Assembly (NCBI GenBank): GCA_964399135.1
Contig: CAYNPL010000006.1
Location: 63,741 to 127,740, forward strand
Source of the DNA: an uncultured Gaiellales bacterium
Lineage (GTDB): Bacteria; Actinomycetota; Thermoleophilia; RBG-16-64-13
Direction of reading: 5' to 3'
Length of the DNA: 64,000 nucleotides
The notes beneath the pieces are model-generated. The model saw only the letters and a list, made by a program, of their open reading frames with translations, searched no databases and was not told where the DNA came from. Within the stretch, counting starts at the first letter, position 1. Each line of letters opens with the position of its first letter. The translations under genes and the position numbers were made by a program. Positions 1 through 8,977 of this stretch are shown in pieces.

Positions 1-60
1 AGTTGGTAGAGCAGGGGACTCTTAATCCCAAGGTCGAAGGTTCGAATCCTTCCGGGCGCA
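1..60 (+). tRNA. tRNA-Lys(CTT), 5' end cut by the window edge; CCA not encoded
   Basis: D-arm AGTTGGTAGAGC, anticodon arm GGGA-CT-CTT-AA-TCCC, T-arm GAAGG-TTCGAAT-CCTTC, acceptor 3' strand CGGGCGC plus discriminator A at 60. Confidence 0.93.
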
Positions 61-232
61 TCCCCGCATCCCACCATGGACGGACAAGAGCTGCCGCCTC
101 GCTTCTATCAGATCTTCGACTCCTCCGCCTCCCGGCCCTGTCTCGGGGACCGCTCCGGCCTCCGGTGGCTGAACTGGATCGTGGCGGCGGGTCCGAAGCA
201 ACCGGCGGGTCGAAGAGCGTAGGCTGGCAAGG

Positions 233-925
233 ATGCGATGGCTCAAGACAGCATTGGCGGTCCTCGGTGTCGTGCTGGCTCTCGCGGGGGTGGCCTCGGT
301 GACGGCGGGCGGCTTCACCCTCGGTCTGTACCGGCACCCAAGCGCCTCTTCTGGGTTCTTCACCACAGCCGAACAGACCGTCGGCAGCGACGGCTTCGCC
401 CTGACCGTACCCGACATCAACGAACAACTGGCAGGCCGCTGGCAGAGGTGGCTATTGTCAAAGGCGGGAGCCACCGTGCGGGTGACGGGTACCTCCCGGT
501 TGCCGGCGCCCATCTTCTTGGGCGTCGCCTCGACCGCCCAGGTATCGAAGTATCTCTCCGGCGTGCCTCGAGACCGGATCACCGGGATCGATCTGGCCGG
601 GGGATCGGTCCAGTATGAATCGGTGAGCGGCGGAGCCCGGCCGTCTATTCCAGAAGAACAGCCCTTCTGGCTGGCTGAGGTCAGCGGGACTGGCAGCCGG
701 ACGCTCGAATGGACCCTGCGGGAGGGGGACTGGGCGGTGGTGATCATGAACGGGGACGCCAGCGCGCCGGTGGCCGCCGACGTCAGGTTGGGAGCCCGAT
801 TCGGCATCATGTTCCCTCTGATGGCCGGTCTCCTGGGGGGTGGAGTCGCCCTTCTGGCCGTCGGCGCCACCCTCATTGTCGTCGGCCGGCGGGGCAGGTC
901 GGGGCCTGGCCGCCGGTCACTCTGA
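233..925 (+). CDS. Conserved hypothetical membrane-anchored protein with N- and C-terminal TM helices; resembles the extracytoplasmic domain often found with DUF4389
   Basis: 230-aa ORF with hydrophobic ends and motifs VRVTG..PIFLGVA, FW...SGTG..TLEW, WAVVIMN.D. Confidence 0.7.
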   Translation: MRWLKTALAVLGVVLALAGVASVTAGGFTLGLYRHPSASSGFFTTAEQTVGSDGFALTVPDINEQLAGRWQRWLLSKAGATVRVTGTSRLPAPIFLGVASTAQVSKYLSGVPRDRITGIDLAGGSVQYESVSGGARPSIPEEQPFWLAEVSGTGSRTLEWTLREGDWAVVIMNGDASAPVAADVRLGARFGIMFPLMAGLLGGGVALLAVGATLIVVGRRGRSGPGRRSL

Positions 926-1405
926 GGTCGGCTTGGCCGCTGCCAGTTCGAGCACCTTTTCCACCGCGAACCGGATACGCCGTTCGGTGCACTTCTGCAC
1001 TCCGCCGCTCGCGAAGAAGTCGTCCCGCGCCTGCTCGTCCCTGAGCGAAGGGTAGCCGGTGAGATCCGCGCAGAGGATCGACCCCTGGTCGGCGAGCCAC
1101 TCGTCATAGAATCTCTGAGCGGAGGTCTCGACGGACTCCGCGATGCAGCCCGGAGGTTCCTCCCGGCCGGCGTAGAGGGAGAGAGCCACGATACCGGCGC
1201 AGAAGGCTCCGCACGGACCGGCGCTGCCACCGACTCCGCCTCCGAAACCGGCAGCGGCGTACCGGGACGCCGTCCAGGGCAGGGGCAGGTTCACCCGCAG
1301 CAACTCCATGGTGATGTCGGCACAACTGCAGTGAGGCCCGATGTCGATCTCCGCCAGGACCTGTGCCAGAGCCTGGTCGAAGTCGAACGGTTTCGGTTCA
1401 CCCAC
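917..1405 (-). CDS. C-GCAxxG-C-C family putative redox-active protein
   Basis: Motifs HCSCA, GFGGGVG..GPCGAFCAG, ILCADLTG and a terminal C; GTG start with AGGAGGAG RBS upstream. Confidence 0.85.
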   Translation of the reverse strand: MGEPKPFDFDQALAQVLAEIDIGPHCSCADITMELLRVNLPLPWTASRYAAAGFGGGVGGSAGPCGAFCAGIVALSLYAGREEPPGCIAESVETSAQRFYDEWLADQGSILCADLTGYPSLRDEQARDDFFASGGVQKCTERRIRFAVEKVLELAAAKPTSE

Positions 1406-1603
1406 GGTCGCTCCTCCTCCGAGTCGATCGGCCTCCGTCCCTCGTCAGGCCTCCGGTGATGACGTCTCCTTACATTGTATGCCGTTCTTGGGCGGTTCTC
1501 CCGATGGGCGCTCCGCACCGGCTCGTCCTCGCCTCGGAATCACACCGGCGATTCTTGGGTAGAACCCGTGCACATCGGCCGCGAGACGGAAAAGGAGTAG
1601 GCC

Positions 1604-1987
1604 ATGTTGGCGGACGCGAGTGTGGTGGCGGTCATCCCGGTGGGCGATCTGAGGAGAGCCCGGGCGTTCTACGAGAAGATGTTGGGACTCGTCCCCAAGG
1701 AGGTGCACGAGGACCAGAAAGAGGTCACATATCTGCTCAACAACACCTGGTTGCTCGTCTATCAGACCGAAGCTCCCCGGGGGGAGGCGACCAAAGCGGC
1801 GTTCGTGGTGGGTGATCTCGCCCAGGAGATGACCGACCTAAAGAACCACGGAGTGGTCTTTGAGGACTTCGACCTCCCCGGCCTCAAGACCGTGCACGGT
1901 GTTGTCGAGGGCCCTCAGGGAAGGGCGGCCTGGTTCAGGGACCTCGACGGCAACTACATCGGCCTCATGGAGGCGAAGAAGGCTTGA
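1604..1987 (+). CDS. VOC/glyoxalase family protein
   Basis: IPVGDLRRARAFYEKMLGL and AWFRDLDGNYIGL; AAGGAG RBS. Confidence 0.9.
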   Translation: MLADASVVAVIPVGDLRRARAFYEKMLGLVPKEVHEDQKEVTYLLNNTWLLVYQTEAPRGEATKAAFVVGDLAQEMTDLKNHGVVFEDFDLPGLKTVHGVVEGPQGRAAWFRDLDGNYIGLMEAKKA

Positions 1988-2241
1988 GCGACACGCATGA
2001 GTACGAGGAGGTGGTCGTGAGGGCCCTGAGGTCTGTGGCTGAGGGGCCCTGGGCGGCCCCCGACCTGCAGGCGGTCAGAGAGGCGATGGCCGGCGATTGG
2101 TGCAGCACCCACGCTCCGGAGTGTCAGAGCGCGGATGTGCTGATGTGGCTCGATTCTTTGAGTGGCGACGAAAAAGAGGAGCTGCTCTTTCACGCGAACA
2201 CCTTCTGGAACAAGGCCCGTGACCCTTGGGCGCTTGGCTAG
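1984..2241 (+). CDS. Hypothetical protein (85 aa)
   Basis: TTG start overlaps the upstream stop (TTGA); coding-like codon use; no family recognised. Confidence 0.6.
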   Translation: MSDTHEYEEVVVRALRSVAEGPWAAPDLQAVREAMAGDWCSTHAPECQSADVLMWLDSLSGDEKEELLFHANTFWNKARDPWALG

Positions 2242-2268
2242 CGGGACTCCCGGGAGGGCGTTGCGCCC

Positions 2269-2796
2269 GTGGCTCCTGACCCTGTTCTTGTGAGATTCGC
2301 CCCCCTCCTTGAAGACACGGGCGTTGAAGGCCCGGTGCTGGATCTGGCCTGTGGCAGCGGGCAGAACGGTCTCTATCTTGCCGGCCTGGGCCTGCCGGTG
2401 GTGTTGGCCGATCGCTCCGCGGAGGCATTGAAGGCGGCCCGGGAGTCGGCGCGAGAGCGAGGGCTTGCGGTGACCTTCTGGCAGGTCGACCTAGAGGCGG
2501 GGTTGGATCCGCTCGAGCGGGAGCACTACCGGGCCATCCTGGTCTTCCGCTACCTCCATCGCCCGCTCATCCCTTCCATACGAAGGGCCGTCCGTCCCGG
2601 CGGCGTTCTCATCTACGAGACCTTCACAAGCGGGCAGCCCGCGTACGGCCACCCCCACAATCCGGACTACCTGCTGCAGCCGGGGGAGCTGGCCGGGTGG
2701 TTCGCGGACTGGCAGGTGATCCACTATTTCGAAGGTCTTCTGGAAGAGCCGCGGCGGGCCATGGCCCAGATCGTCTGCCGGAAGCCCGGGGTGTGA
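2269..2796 (+). CDS. Class I SAM-dependent methyltransferase (TehB-like)
   Basis: VLDLACGSGQN motif I and FRYLHR..PGGVLIYETF. Confidence 0.88.
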   Translation: MAPDPVLVRFAPLLEDTGVEGPVLDLACGSGQNGLYLAGLGLPVVLADRSAEALKAARESARERGLAVTFWQVDLEAGLDPLEREHYRAILVFRYLHRPLIPSIRRAVRPGGVLIYETFTSGQPAYGHPHNPDYLLQPGELAGWFADWQVIHYFEGLLEEPRRAMAQIVCRKPGV

Positions 2797-2898
2797 ACCC
2801 GCTTCGGCGGCCTCGGCCTACCCGGTGGCGCCCAACGCGCAGTCTGGAGGCGTTCCGGACTGCTTCCGCAGCCACCGCCCGCTGGGTATGATGGCGGC

Positions 2899-3403
2899 GT
2901 GAGATATCGCGTCGGAGCAGATGTCGGGGGGACGTTCACCGATCTGGTGGCCATGGATGAATCGGGCAGGGTCACTGTGGCCAAGGCCCCCGCTACTCCG
3001 GCCGACCAGTCCTACGGGATGCTCGACGCCGTTGCGAAGGCGGGCATCGACCCCTCCTCTGTGGAGTCTTCTCCCACGGCACCACCGTGGGGGTCAACGC
3101 CGTCATCGAGAACAAGGGCGCCCGAGTGGCCGTTATCATCACCGAGGGCTTTCGCGACGCGCTCGAGTTGCGCCGGGGCCAGCGGAGGCAGGCAGCTCGC
3201 TGGACCACATCGTGAAGACCACCATCTACCTTAAGGACGTGAGGGACTACCAACTGATGCGGGATACCGAGTGGGAGTACTGGCAGCAACACGCCCCCGG
3301 GCTCATCGAGGAACCGCCGGCCAGCACCTTCGTGATGCCGGCTTCACTCGCCCGGTCCAGTATGCTGGTGGAGATCGACGTCGTCGCCTGCCTGAAGGAC
3401 TGA
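2899..3403 (+). pseudogene. Chimeric remnant: frameshifted 5' part of a hydantoinase/oxoprolinase A gene joined to the 3' part of a RidA-family gene
   Basis: Frame 1 reads RVGADVGGTFTDLV (2899-3066). After a one-base loss at about 3067 it reads FSHGTTVGVNAVIENKGARVAVIITEGFRDALELRRGQR (3069-3185). A third frame then reads EAGSSLDHIVKTTIYLKD...PPASTFV...LVEIDVVA* (3185-3403). Confidence 0.8.
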
Positions 3404-3454
3404 AACCACGCGAGCCGGCGGCCCCCGGGCGCCGGCGCCGGCGAAGGAGCATGC

Positions 3455-4315
3455 ATGAGCATGAAGCTGTACATCCTCGACTGCGGGCAGATGTGGGTGG
3501 AACGCGGGTTCCTGTGGCACTTCGGTGACGCCGCCCTCACCGATTGTGAGTATCAGGAGGGGCCGTTCGGCATCCGCAACATCCAGTTCTTCATCGACCA
3601 TCCCAAAGCCAAGGTGGTCTTCGACCTGGGATTCACCAGCGAGCTGTTCGATAGGCTGGTGGGGTTCCCCCATCGCAAGGGACCGCACGGCTTCCACCTG
3701 CTCAAGACCCCGGAACAGAACCCCATCTCCCAGCTGGCCCAGATCGGGGTCAAGCCCGACGACATCGATTACGTCATCATCTCGCATCTCATGAGCGAGC
3801 ATGCCGGCTACCTGCCGGAGTTCGCGGGAAAGAAGGCCAAGATCGTGGTGCAGCAAGCCGAGATGGAGTACGCGAGCCGCATCGGGACGCCGCCCCGCCC
3901 GGGTGACGAGCCCGCGGTTGAGCAGTTCCACACCTGGATGTACGTGCGCGAATACTTCGAGAAATCCGGCCTCGATTACTTGTTCATCGACGGGGACTAC
4001 GAGCTGCTGGGCAAGGACGTGGAGATCCTGAGCCTGCCTGGGCATACGCCCGGCTTCCAGAACGTCATGGTGCGGCTGCCCAAGACCGGCCCCGTGTTCC
4101 TGTCGGCCTGTGAGCACCGGGGCATGTACTACGACATCCCCGTGAACGGCTACGCTCCCGGCATACCCCACGCCTTCACCTGGTCGGCGGCGGGCGAGCT
4201 GTGGAGTTTCAAGCGCGTGCGCGACCTGGTGGAGAAGGAGGAGGGCCAGATCTTCTTCGGTCACGACCAGCAGCAGTTCGAGACCCTCAAAGCCTGTCCG
4301 GAGTACTACGAGTAG
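3455..4315 (+). CDS. N-acyl-homoserine-lactonase-like metallo-beta-lactamase-fold hydrolase
   Basis: KLYILDCG, VVFDLG, IISHLMSEHAG (HxHxDH position), LPGHTPG, IFFGHD. Confidence 0.85.
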   Translation: MSMKLYILDCGQMWVERGFLWHFGDAALTDCEYQEGPFGIRNIQFFIDHPKAKVVFDLGFTSELFDRLVGFPHRKGPHGFHLLKTPEQNPISQLAQIGVKPDDIDYVIISHLMSEHAGYLPEFAGKKAKIVVQQAEMEYASRIGTPPRPGDEPAVEQFHTWMYVREYFEKSGLDYLFIDGDYELLGKDVEILSLPGHTPGFQNVMVRLPKTGPVFLSACEHRGMYYDIPVNGYAPGIPHAFTWSAAGELWSFKRVRDLVEKEEGQIFFGHDQQQFETLKACPEYYE

Positions 4316-4327
4316 GCGGGGGAGACC

Positions 4328-5269
4328 ATGCATCGTGTTCTATTGCCCTTCGAGTTCTCCGAGCCGGTCTCGGTGGAGGAGGCGGTGGCGCTCATCGACG
4401 GCGACCGGGTGCGGGCCTTGGCCGGCGGCGTCGATCTGGTGCTCAAGATGCGCCTGCGCGAGATCGTGCCGGAGCGGGTGGTGAGCCTGCAGAAGATCCG
4501 GGGGCTCGACCATGTCCGCCCCGACACCGAAGTCGGCAGCGGCGGGTTGCGCATCGGGGCGCTGGCCACCCTGTACCAGGTGGAGCGATCGGCCGTGGTC
4601 CTGCAGGGGTGGCCGTTGCTGGCCGAGGCCATCGGCAGCATCGTCTCGGTGCAGACCAAGGCGATGGGGACGCTGGTGGGCAACCTGTGCGCCGGCACCC
4701 CTGCTTCGGATGTGGCGCCGGCCCTGTACGCGCTCGGAGCCCGGGTGCGGATAGCGGGGCAGAGCGGCCACCGGGAGATACCGATAGAGGAGTTCTATCT
4801 CGACGCGGGCAAGACGGCGGTGGGCCCGCACGAGATGGTCACCGAGGTGGTGGTGCCGGCGCCGGCCGCAGGCAGCGCCGGCGCCTTTCTCAAGCTGTCC
4901 AAGACCGCCGAGGACATAGCCAAGGTGAACGTGGCCGTAGCGGTGTCGGCCGCCGGCGGGAAGTGCGTGCACGCGCGCATCGCCATCGGGGCGGCGGCGC
5001 CCACTCCGGTCAGGGCTGAGGAGGCTGAGCGGGTGCTGGAGGGGCGTCTTCTGGACGCGGCCGCCGCCGAGGCGGCGGCGGCCGCGGCGGTCCGGGTGGT
5101 GAGTCCCCTCACGGACGTGAGGTCGACGGCTCGCTATCGGGCGGAGATGGTGCGTGTGCTGGTGCGGGACGCGCTGGGGGTGGCGGCCGCCCGGGCGGGC
5201 GCGCCGATAGGCGCCGCCGCGGGCGCGGCCGCCCCTGGGGACCACGGCCCGGCCGGGAAGGAGGGCTGA
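4328..5269 (+). CDS. Xanthine-dehydrogenase-family molybdenum hydroxylase, FAD-binding subunit (CoxM/XdhB-like)
   Basis: ALAGGVDL, IGALATL, GTLVGNLC..TPASD, ARIAIGAAAPTP, SPLTDVRSTARYR. Confidence 0.93.
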   Translation: MHRVLLPFEFSEPVSVEEAVALIDGDRVRALAGGVDLVLKMRLREIVPERVVSLQKIRGLDHVRPDTEVGSGGLRIGALATLYQVERSAVVLQGWPLLAEAIGSIVSVQTKAMGTLVGNLCAGTPASDVAPALYALGARVRIAGQSGHREIPIEEFYLDAGKTAVGPHEMVTEVVVPAPAAGSAGAFLKLSKTAEDIAKVNVAVAVSAAGGKCVHARIAIGAAAPTPVRAEEAERVLEGRLLDAAAAEAAAAAAVRVVSPLTDVRSTARYRAEMVRVLVRDALGVAAARAGAPIGAAAGAAAPGDHGPAGKEG

Positions 5270-5751
5270 TGGCCAAAGAGATCGCCACGTTCCTGGTGAA
5301 CGGCCGGAAGTATGAGGTCATCATCGAGCCGCACATGCTGCTCATCGATGTGTTGCGCGACTCGTTGGGCCTTACCGGCACCAAGTATGCCTGCGGCGCC
5401 GGCGACTGCGGCGCCTGCACCGTCCTCCTCGAGGGCAGGCCGGTGCTCTCCTGCCTCACCCTGGCGGTGACGGCCAAGGGCAAGAGCATCCTCACCATCG
5501 AGGGTCTGGCAGAGGGCGACAGACTGCATCCCATCCAGCAGGCCTTCGTGGACCAGGGCGCGGTGCAGTGCGGATTCTGCACCCCGGGCATGGTGCTCAC
5601 GGCCAAGGCTCTGCTCGACGAGATCCCGGAACCGACCCGCGACGAGATCAAGGCTTCCATCGGCGGCAATCTGTGCCGGTGCACCGGCTATGTGAAGATC
5701 GTGGACGCGGTGGAAGCAGCCGCAGCGGCGATGAGGAAGGGAGGGGCGTGA
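5269..5751 (+). CDS. Xanthine-dehydrogenase-family 2x[2Fe-2S] subunit (CoxS/XdhC-like)
   Basis: GTKYACGAGDCGACTV..SCL and QCGFCTPG...GNLCRCTGY. Confidence 0.95.
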   Translation: MAKEIATFLVNGRKYEVIIEPHMLLIDVLRDSLGLTGTKYACGAGDCGACTVLLEGRPVLSCLTLAVTAKGKSILTIEGLAEGDRLHPIQQAFVDQGAVQCGFCTPGMVLTAKALLDEIPEPTRDEIKASIGGNLCRCTGYVKIVDAVEAAAAAMRKGGA

Positions 5752-8090
5752 TGAGCACCGGTCCGACCACCGACTTCTCCTCGGTCGGGAGGCGGTTGAC
5801 CCGTCCCGACGCAGCCGCAAAGACCACCGGCGCGGCCGTTTACGCCGCCGACATCGCACTGCCCGGCATGCTCGTGGGGCGCATCCTCATGAGCCCCCAC
5901 GCCCACGCCCGCATCGTCGGGATCGACACTTCCAAAGCGAAGGCACTGCCGGGGGTGGAAGCCGTCATCACCTTCGCGGACGTGCCCAAACGTCCGTTCA
6001 CGCGATCGGTGATGGCCGAAGGGCTGCCGCCGTTCGCTTACGAGGGCGAGAACCAGGACCAGTACATCTTGTCCGACAAGGCCCGCTACCAAGGTGACTG
6101 GATCGCCGCGGCGGCGGCCGTCGACGCCTACACGGCCGAGCGCGCTCTCGACCTCATCGAGGTGGAGTACGAGGTGCTGCCGGCGGTGTTCGATATCGAT
6201 GATGCGCTCAAGCCCGGGGCCCCGATCGTCCACGATGCCTGGAAGGACAACGTGGCCGGCGTCATCGAGCACCCGTTCAACCGGGGGGATCTCGAGGCGG
6301 CGCTGACCGCTTCCGCCTACGTGGTGGAGTTCTCCGGCCGCAACTCGCGGCAGAAGCAGGCTCACCTGGAACCCGATGTGGCCGTGGCCGCCTGGGACGC
6401 CGCCGGCCGGCTGACCGTGTGGTCGCCCAACCAGAACGCCCACCTGGCCAAGAAGGCAATGGGGCGGAGGGTGTTCGACATCGGCGAGGGCAACGTCCGC
6501 TGGATCACGCCGGCGGTGGGCGGTGGGTTCGGAGCGCGGCTCAGCTTCGGGGTGGAGCCGGTGGCCGCGATGCTGGCCAAGGTGGCGGGTAGGCCGGTGA
6601 AGGTCATGGTCACCCGGGAGGAGGACTTCAACGGCTGGAACTGTCGCACCGAGCAGCGCCAGACCATCCGGGTCGCGGTGAGCGGAGACGGCACCATCAA
6701 CGCCGTCGAGCAGAACGTGCTGTCCGACGCCGGGGCCTACTTCTCCCACAGCGGCACCATCAGTGCGGTCAACATGCAGTCGACGCTCGGGGTCATGCGC
6801 TCACCGGTGGTGCGCGGCAAGGCCGTCATCGTCTACACCAACAACCCCACCTCCAGCGGGATGCGGGGATACGGCAACCCGGAAGGCTCGTTCATCCTGC
6901 AGCAGGCCCTCGACATGGCCGCAGAGAAGTGCGGCATGGACCCGGTGGAGTTCCGGCTGAAGAATGCCCGCGGTGCCGGCGAGCCCAGCATGTGGGAGCC
7001 GCAGGCCATCACCACCTGCGCACTCCCTGAGTGCATCCGGCGCGGGGCGGAGGCTATCGGCTGGAGGGACAAGTGGCAAGGCTGGGGCGTGAAGAAGGAG
7101 GGCCGCTATCGCCGGGGGGTGGGCATGTCCATCATGACCCATGCCAGCGGGGCGGGCGGATTCTTGCTGGAGCACTCCACGGCCGTGCTGAGGCTGAACG
7201 AAGACGGGACCGCGCAGTTGACGGTGAGCCCGTGCGAGATGGGCCAGGGCATCCTGGGGGTGCTCTCGCAGATCGCGGCCGAAGGGGCGGGGCTGCGCTA
7301 TGCGGACATCCGGGTGGTCACCGGCGACACCGACGTGACCCTGTTTGACATCGGCACCCATGCCAGCCGCTCCACCTATGCCATCGGCAATGCCGCGCTG
7401 GATGCGGCCACAAAGGTCCGGGCGATCGTCCTGGAGCGGGCGGCGCGCCTGCTGGGCGCCGCCCCCCAAGACCTGGATGTCCGCGAAGGCCGCGTCTTCA
7501 AGACCGCCGATCCCTCCACCGGCATCACGGTGGCCGAGGTGGCGCACCAGGGGATCTACGAGTACGGCACCGACGCCCAGCACATCATGGCCACCGGCAA
7601 ACACCAGTGCGTCATGCACTGCCCCAATTTCCAGGCCGGCTTCGCCGAGATAGAGGTAGACGTGGAGACCGGTGTCATCACCGTGATCAAGGTGGTCATT
7701 GCCCACGACATCGGCCGGGCCATCAACCCGTTGACGGTGGAGGGCTGCCTCGAGGGCGGCGCCGCGCAAGGTCTGGGATACGCGCTCACTGAGGACCTGG
7801 TCATCGATCGGACGACCGGGAAGGTGCTGAGCGACAGCTTCGCCACGTACAAGATGCTCTCCGCCTTGGACATGCCCGAGGTGGAGGTGATCTTGGTGGA
7901 GGAGCCCGACCCGACCGGACCCTTTGGGGCAAAGGGGGTCGGCGAGACCGGGATCACCAACGTGGCTCCAGCGGTGGCCAACGCGCTGTACGACGCCGCG
8001 GGGGTGCGGGTCCACTCACTCCCGCTCACCCCGGAGAAGGTGCTGGAGGCCCTGGAGGCGCGGGAGACTGGGCGGGAGTCGGCGATCTGA
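5751..8090 (+). CDS. Xanthine-dehydrogenase-family molybdopterin-binding large subunit; substrate unknown
   Basis: KTTGAAVYAADI, SPHAHARI, VGGGFGAR, MRGYG, EMGQG, GAKGVGE; ATG 5751 overlaps the upstream stop (true start lies inside ORF 5568..8090). Confidence 0.93.
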   Translation: MSTGPTTDFSSVGRRLTRPDAAAKTTGAAVYAADIALPGMLVGRILMSPHAHARIVGIDTSKAKALPGVEAVITFADVPKRPFTRSVMAEGLPPFAYEGENQDQYILSDKARYQGDWIAAAAAVDAYTAERALDLIEVEYEVLPAVFDIDDALKPGAPIVHDAWKDNVAGVIEHPFNRGDLEAALTASAYVVEFSGRNSRQKQAHLEPDVAVAAWDAAGRLTVWSPNQNAHLAKKAMGRRVFDIGEGNVRWITPAVGGGFGARLSFGVEPVAAMLAKVAGRPVKVMVTREEDFNGWNCRTEQRQTIRVAVSGDGTINAVEQNVLSDAGAYFSHSGTISAVNMQSTLGVMRSPVVRGKAVIVYTNNPTSSGMRGYGNPEGSFILQQALDMAAEKCGMDPVEFRLKNARGAGEPSMWEPQAITTCALPECIRRGAEAIGWRDKWQGWGVKKEGRYRRGVGMSIMTHASGAGGFLLEHSTAVLRLNEDGTAQLTVSPCEMGQGILGVLSQIAAEGAGLRYADIRVVTGDTDVTLFDIGTHASRSTYAIGNAALDAATKVRAIVLERAARLLGAAPQDLDVREGRVFKTADPSTGITVAEVAHQGIYEYGTDAQHIMATGKHQCVMHCPNFQAGFAEIEVDVETGVITVIKVVIAHDIGRAINPLTVEGCLEGGAAQGLGYALTEDLVIDRTTGKVLSDSFATYKMLSALDMPEVEVILVEEPDPTGPFGAKGVGETGITNVAPAVANALYDAAGVRVHSLPLTPEKVLEALEARETGRESAI

Positions 8091-8221
8091 GAAACCCAGG
8101 CGACTAACCGGCCGATGGCAAGGGCGGGTGAAGCACCAGTCCAATCGCCTCTGCCACCTGCTACCCTGCAGGAGCACAGCGAAACGGAACGGCACCCGAC
8201 CAGATCCGAAAAGGAGGGATC

Positions 8222-8869
8222 ATGCAGACGCCCGCCCCGCCTTATCCACCCTCGACCGGGTACCCCCTGAGCTTCCGCGTCGACTACCCGGACAAGCCCC
8301 TGAGCCGGCTCACGACCTTTTTCCGCTTCCTATGGATCATCCCGATCGCAGTCATCGCCGCCCTCCTCTCTTCGGGGACCATCAGCATCGAGGGCACCGA
8401 CTACTCCTGGTCGTGGACCACGGCGGGCGTCCTGTTCCTGCCCCTCGTGCTCATGATCCTGTTTCGCAAGAAGTACCCCCGCTGGTGGTTCGACTGGAAC
8501 CTCCAGCTCACCCGCTTCCTCGCGAGAGTGTGGGTCTACGCCGCGCTTCTCCGCGACGAGTACCCCTCCACCGACGAGGAGCAGGCGGTCCATCTCGACT
8601 TCGCCTATCCCGATGCCACGCAGCTCAGCCGGGGGCTTCCGCTGGTCAAGTGGTTCCTAGCCATCCCTCACTACATCGTGCTCTTCTTCTTGTGGATAGG
8701 CGCGGTGGTTTCTGTGGTGATCGCGTGGTTCGCCATCCTCTTCACCGGCAAGTACCCCCGGGCTCTGTTCGACTACGTGGTCGGCGTGCAGCGGTGGTCC
8801 CTGCGGGTGGAGGCCTACGCCATCCTGCTCATCACCGACCAGTACCCGCCTTTCAGCCTTTCCGAATAG
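8222..8869 (+). CDS. DUF4389 domain membrane protein
   Basis: Two repeats of L(S)R.LPLVKW.LAIPH / YP...FD...W..RV..Y...D.YP. Confidence 0.88.
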   Translation: MQTPAPPYPPSTGYPLSFRVDYPDKPLSRLTTFFRFLWIIPIAVIAALLSSGTISIEGTDYSWSWTTAGVLFLPLVLMILFRKKYPRWWFDWNLQLTRFLARVWVYAALLRDEYPSTDEEQAVHLDFAYPDATQLSRGLPLVKWFLAIPHYIVLFFLWIGAVVSVVIAWFAILFTGKYPRALFDYVVGVQRWSLRVEAYAILLITDQYPPFSLSE

Positions 8870-8977
8870 GAGAAGGGCGTCGGAGCGGTGCGCCGGTACC
8901 GGGAGCTTTCCTGACGGTTACCCCATCCCCGTATTGGGAACAAGAAGAGGCACACCATTTACGGGAGGAGGCGCATC

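Noticed and set aside
22-1230. Long antisense or alternate-frame ORFs (e.g. 22..1230, 3344..4333, 5688..6749, 9357..10739, 28234..29691, 31292..32947, 40953..42965)
   Set aside because: They overlap motif-supported genes, have no recognisable domains, and are expected shadow ORFs in high-GC DNA.
917-1405. Selenocysteine in the C-GCAxxG-C-C protein or the molybdoenzymes
   Set aside because: The relevant positions are Cys codons with no in-frame TGA.
4328-8090. Aerobic CO dehydrogenase (coxMSL) or 4-hydroxybenzoyl-CoA reductase
   Set aside because: The large subunit lacks the AYxCSFR loop of form I CODH, and the FAD subunit lacks the Cys-rich [4Fe-4S] insert of HcrB.
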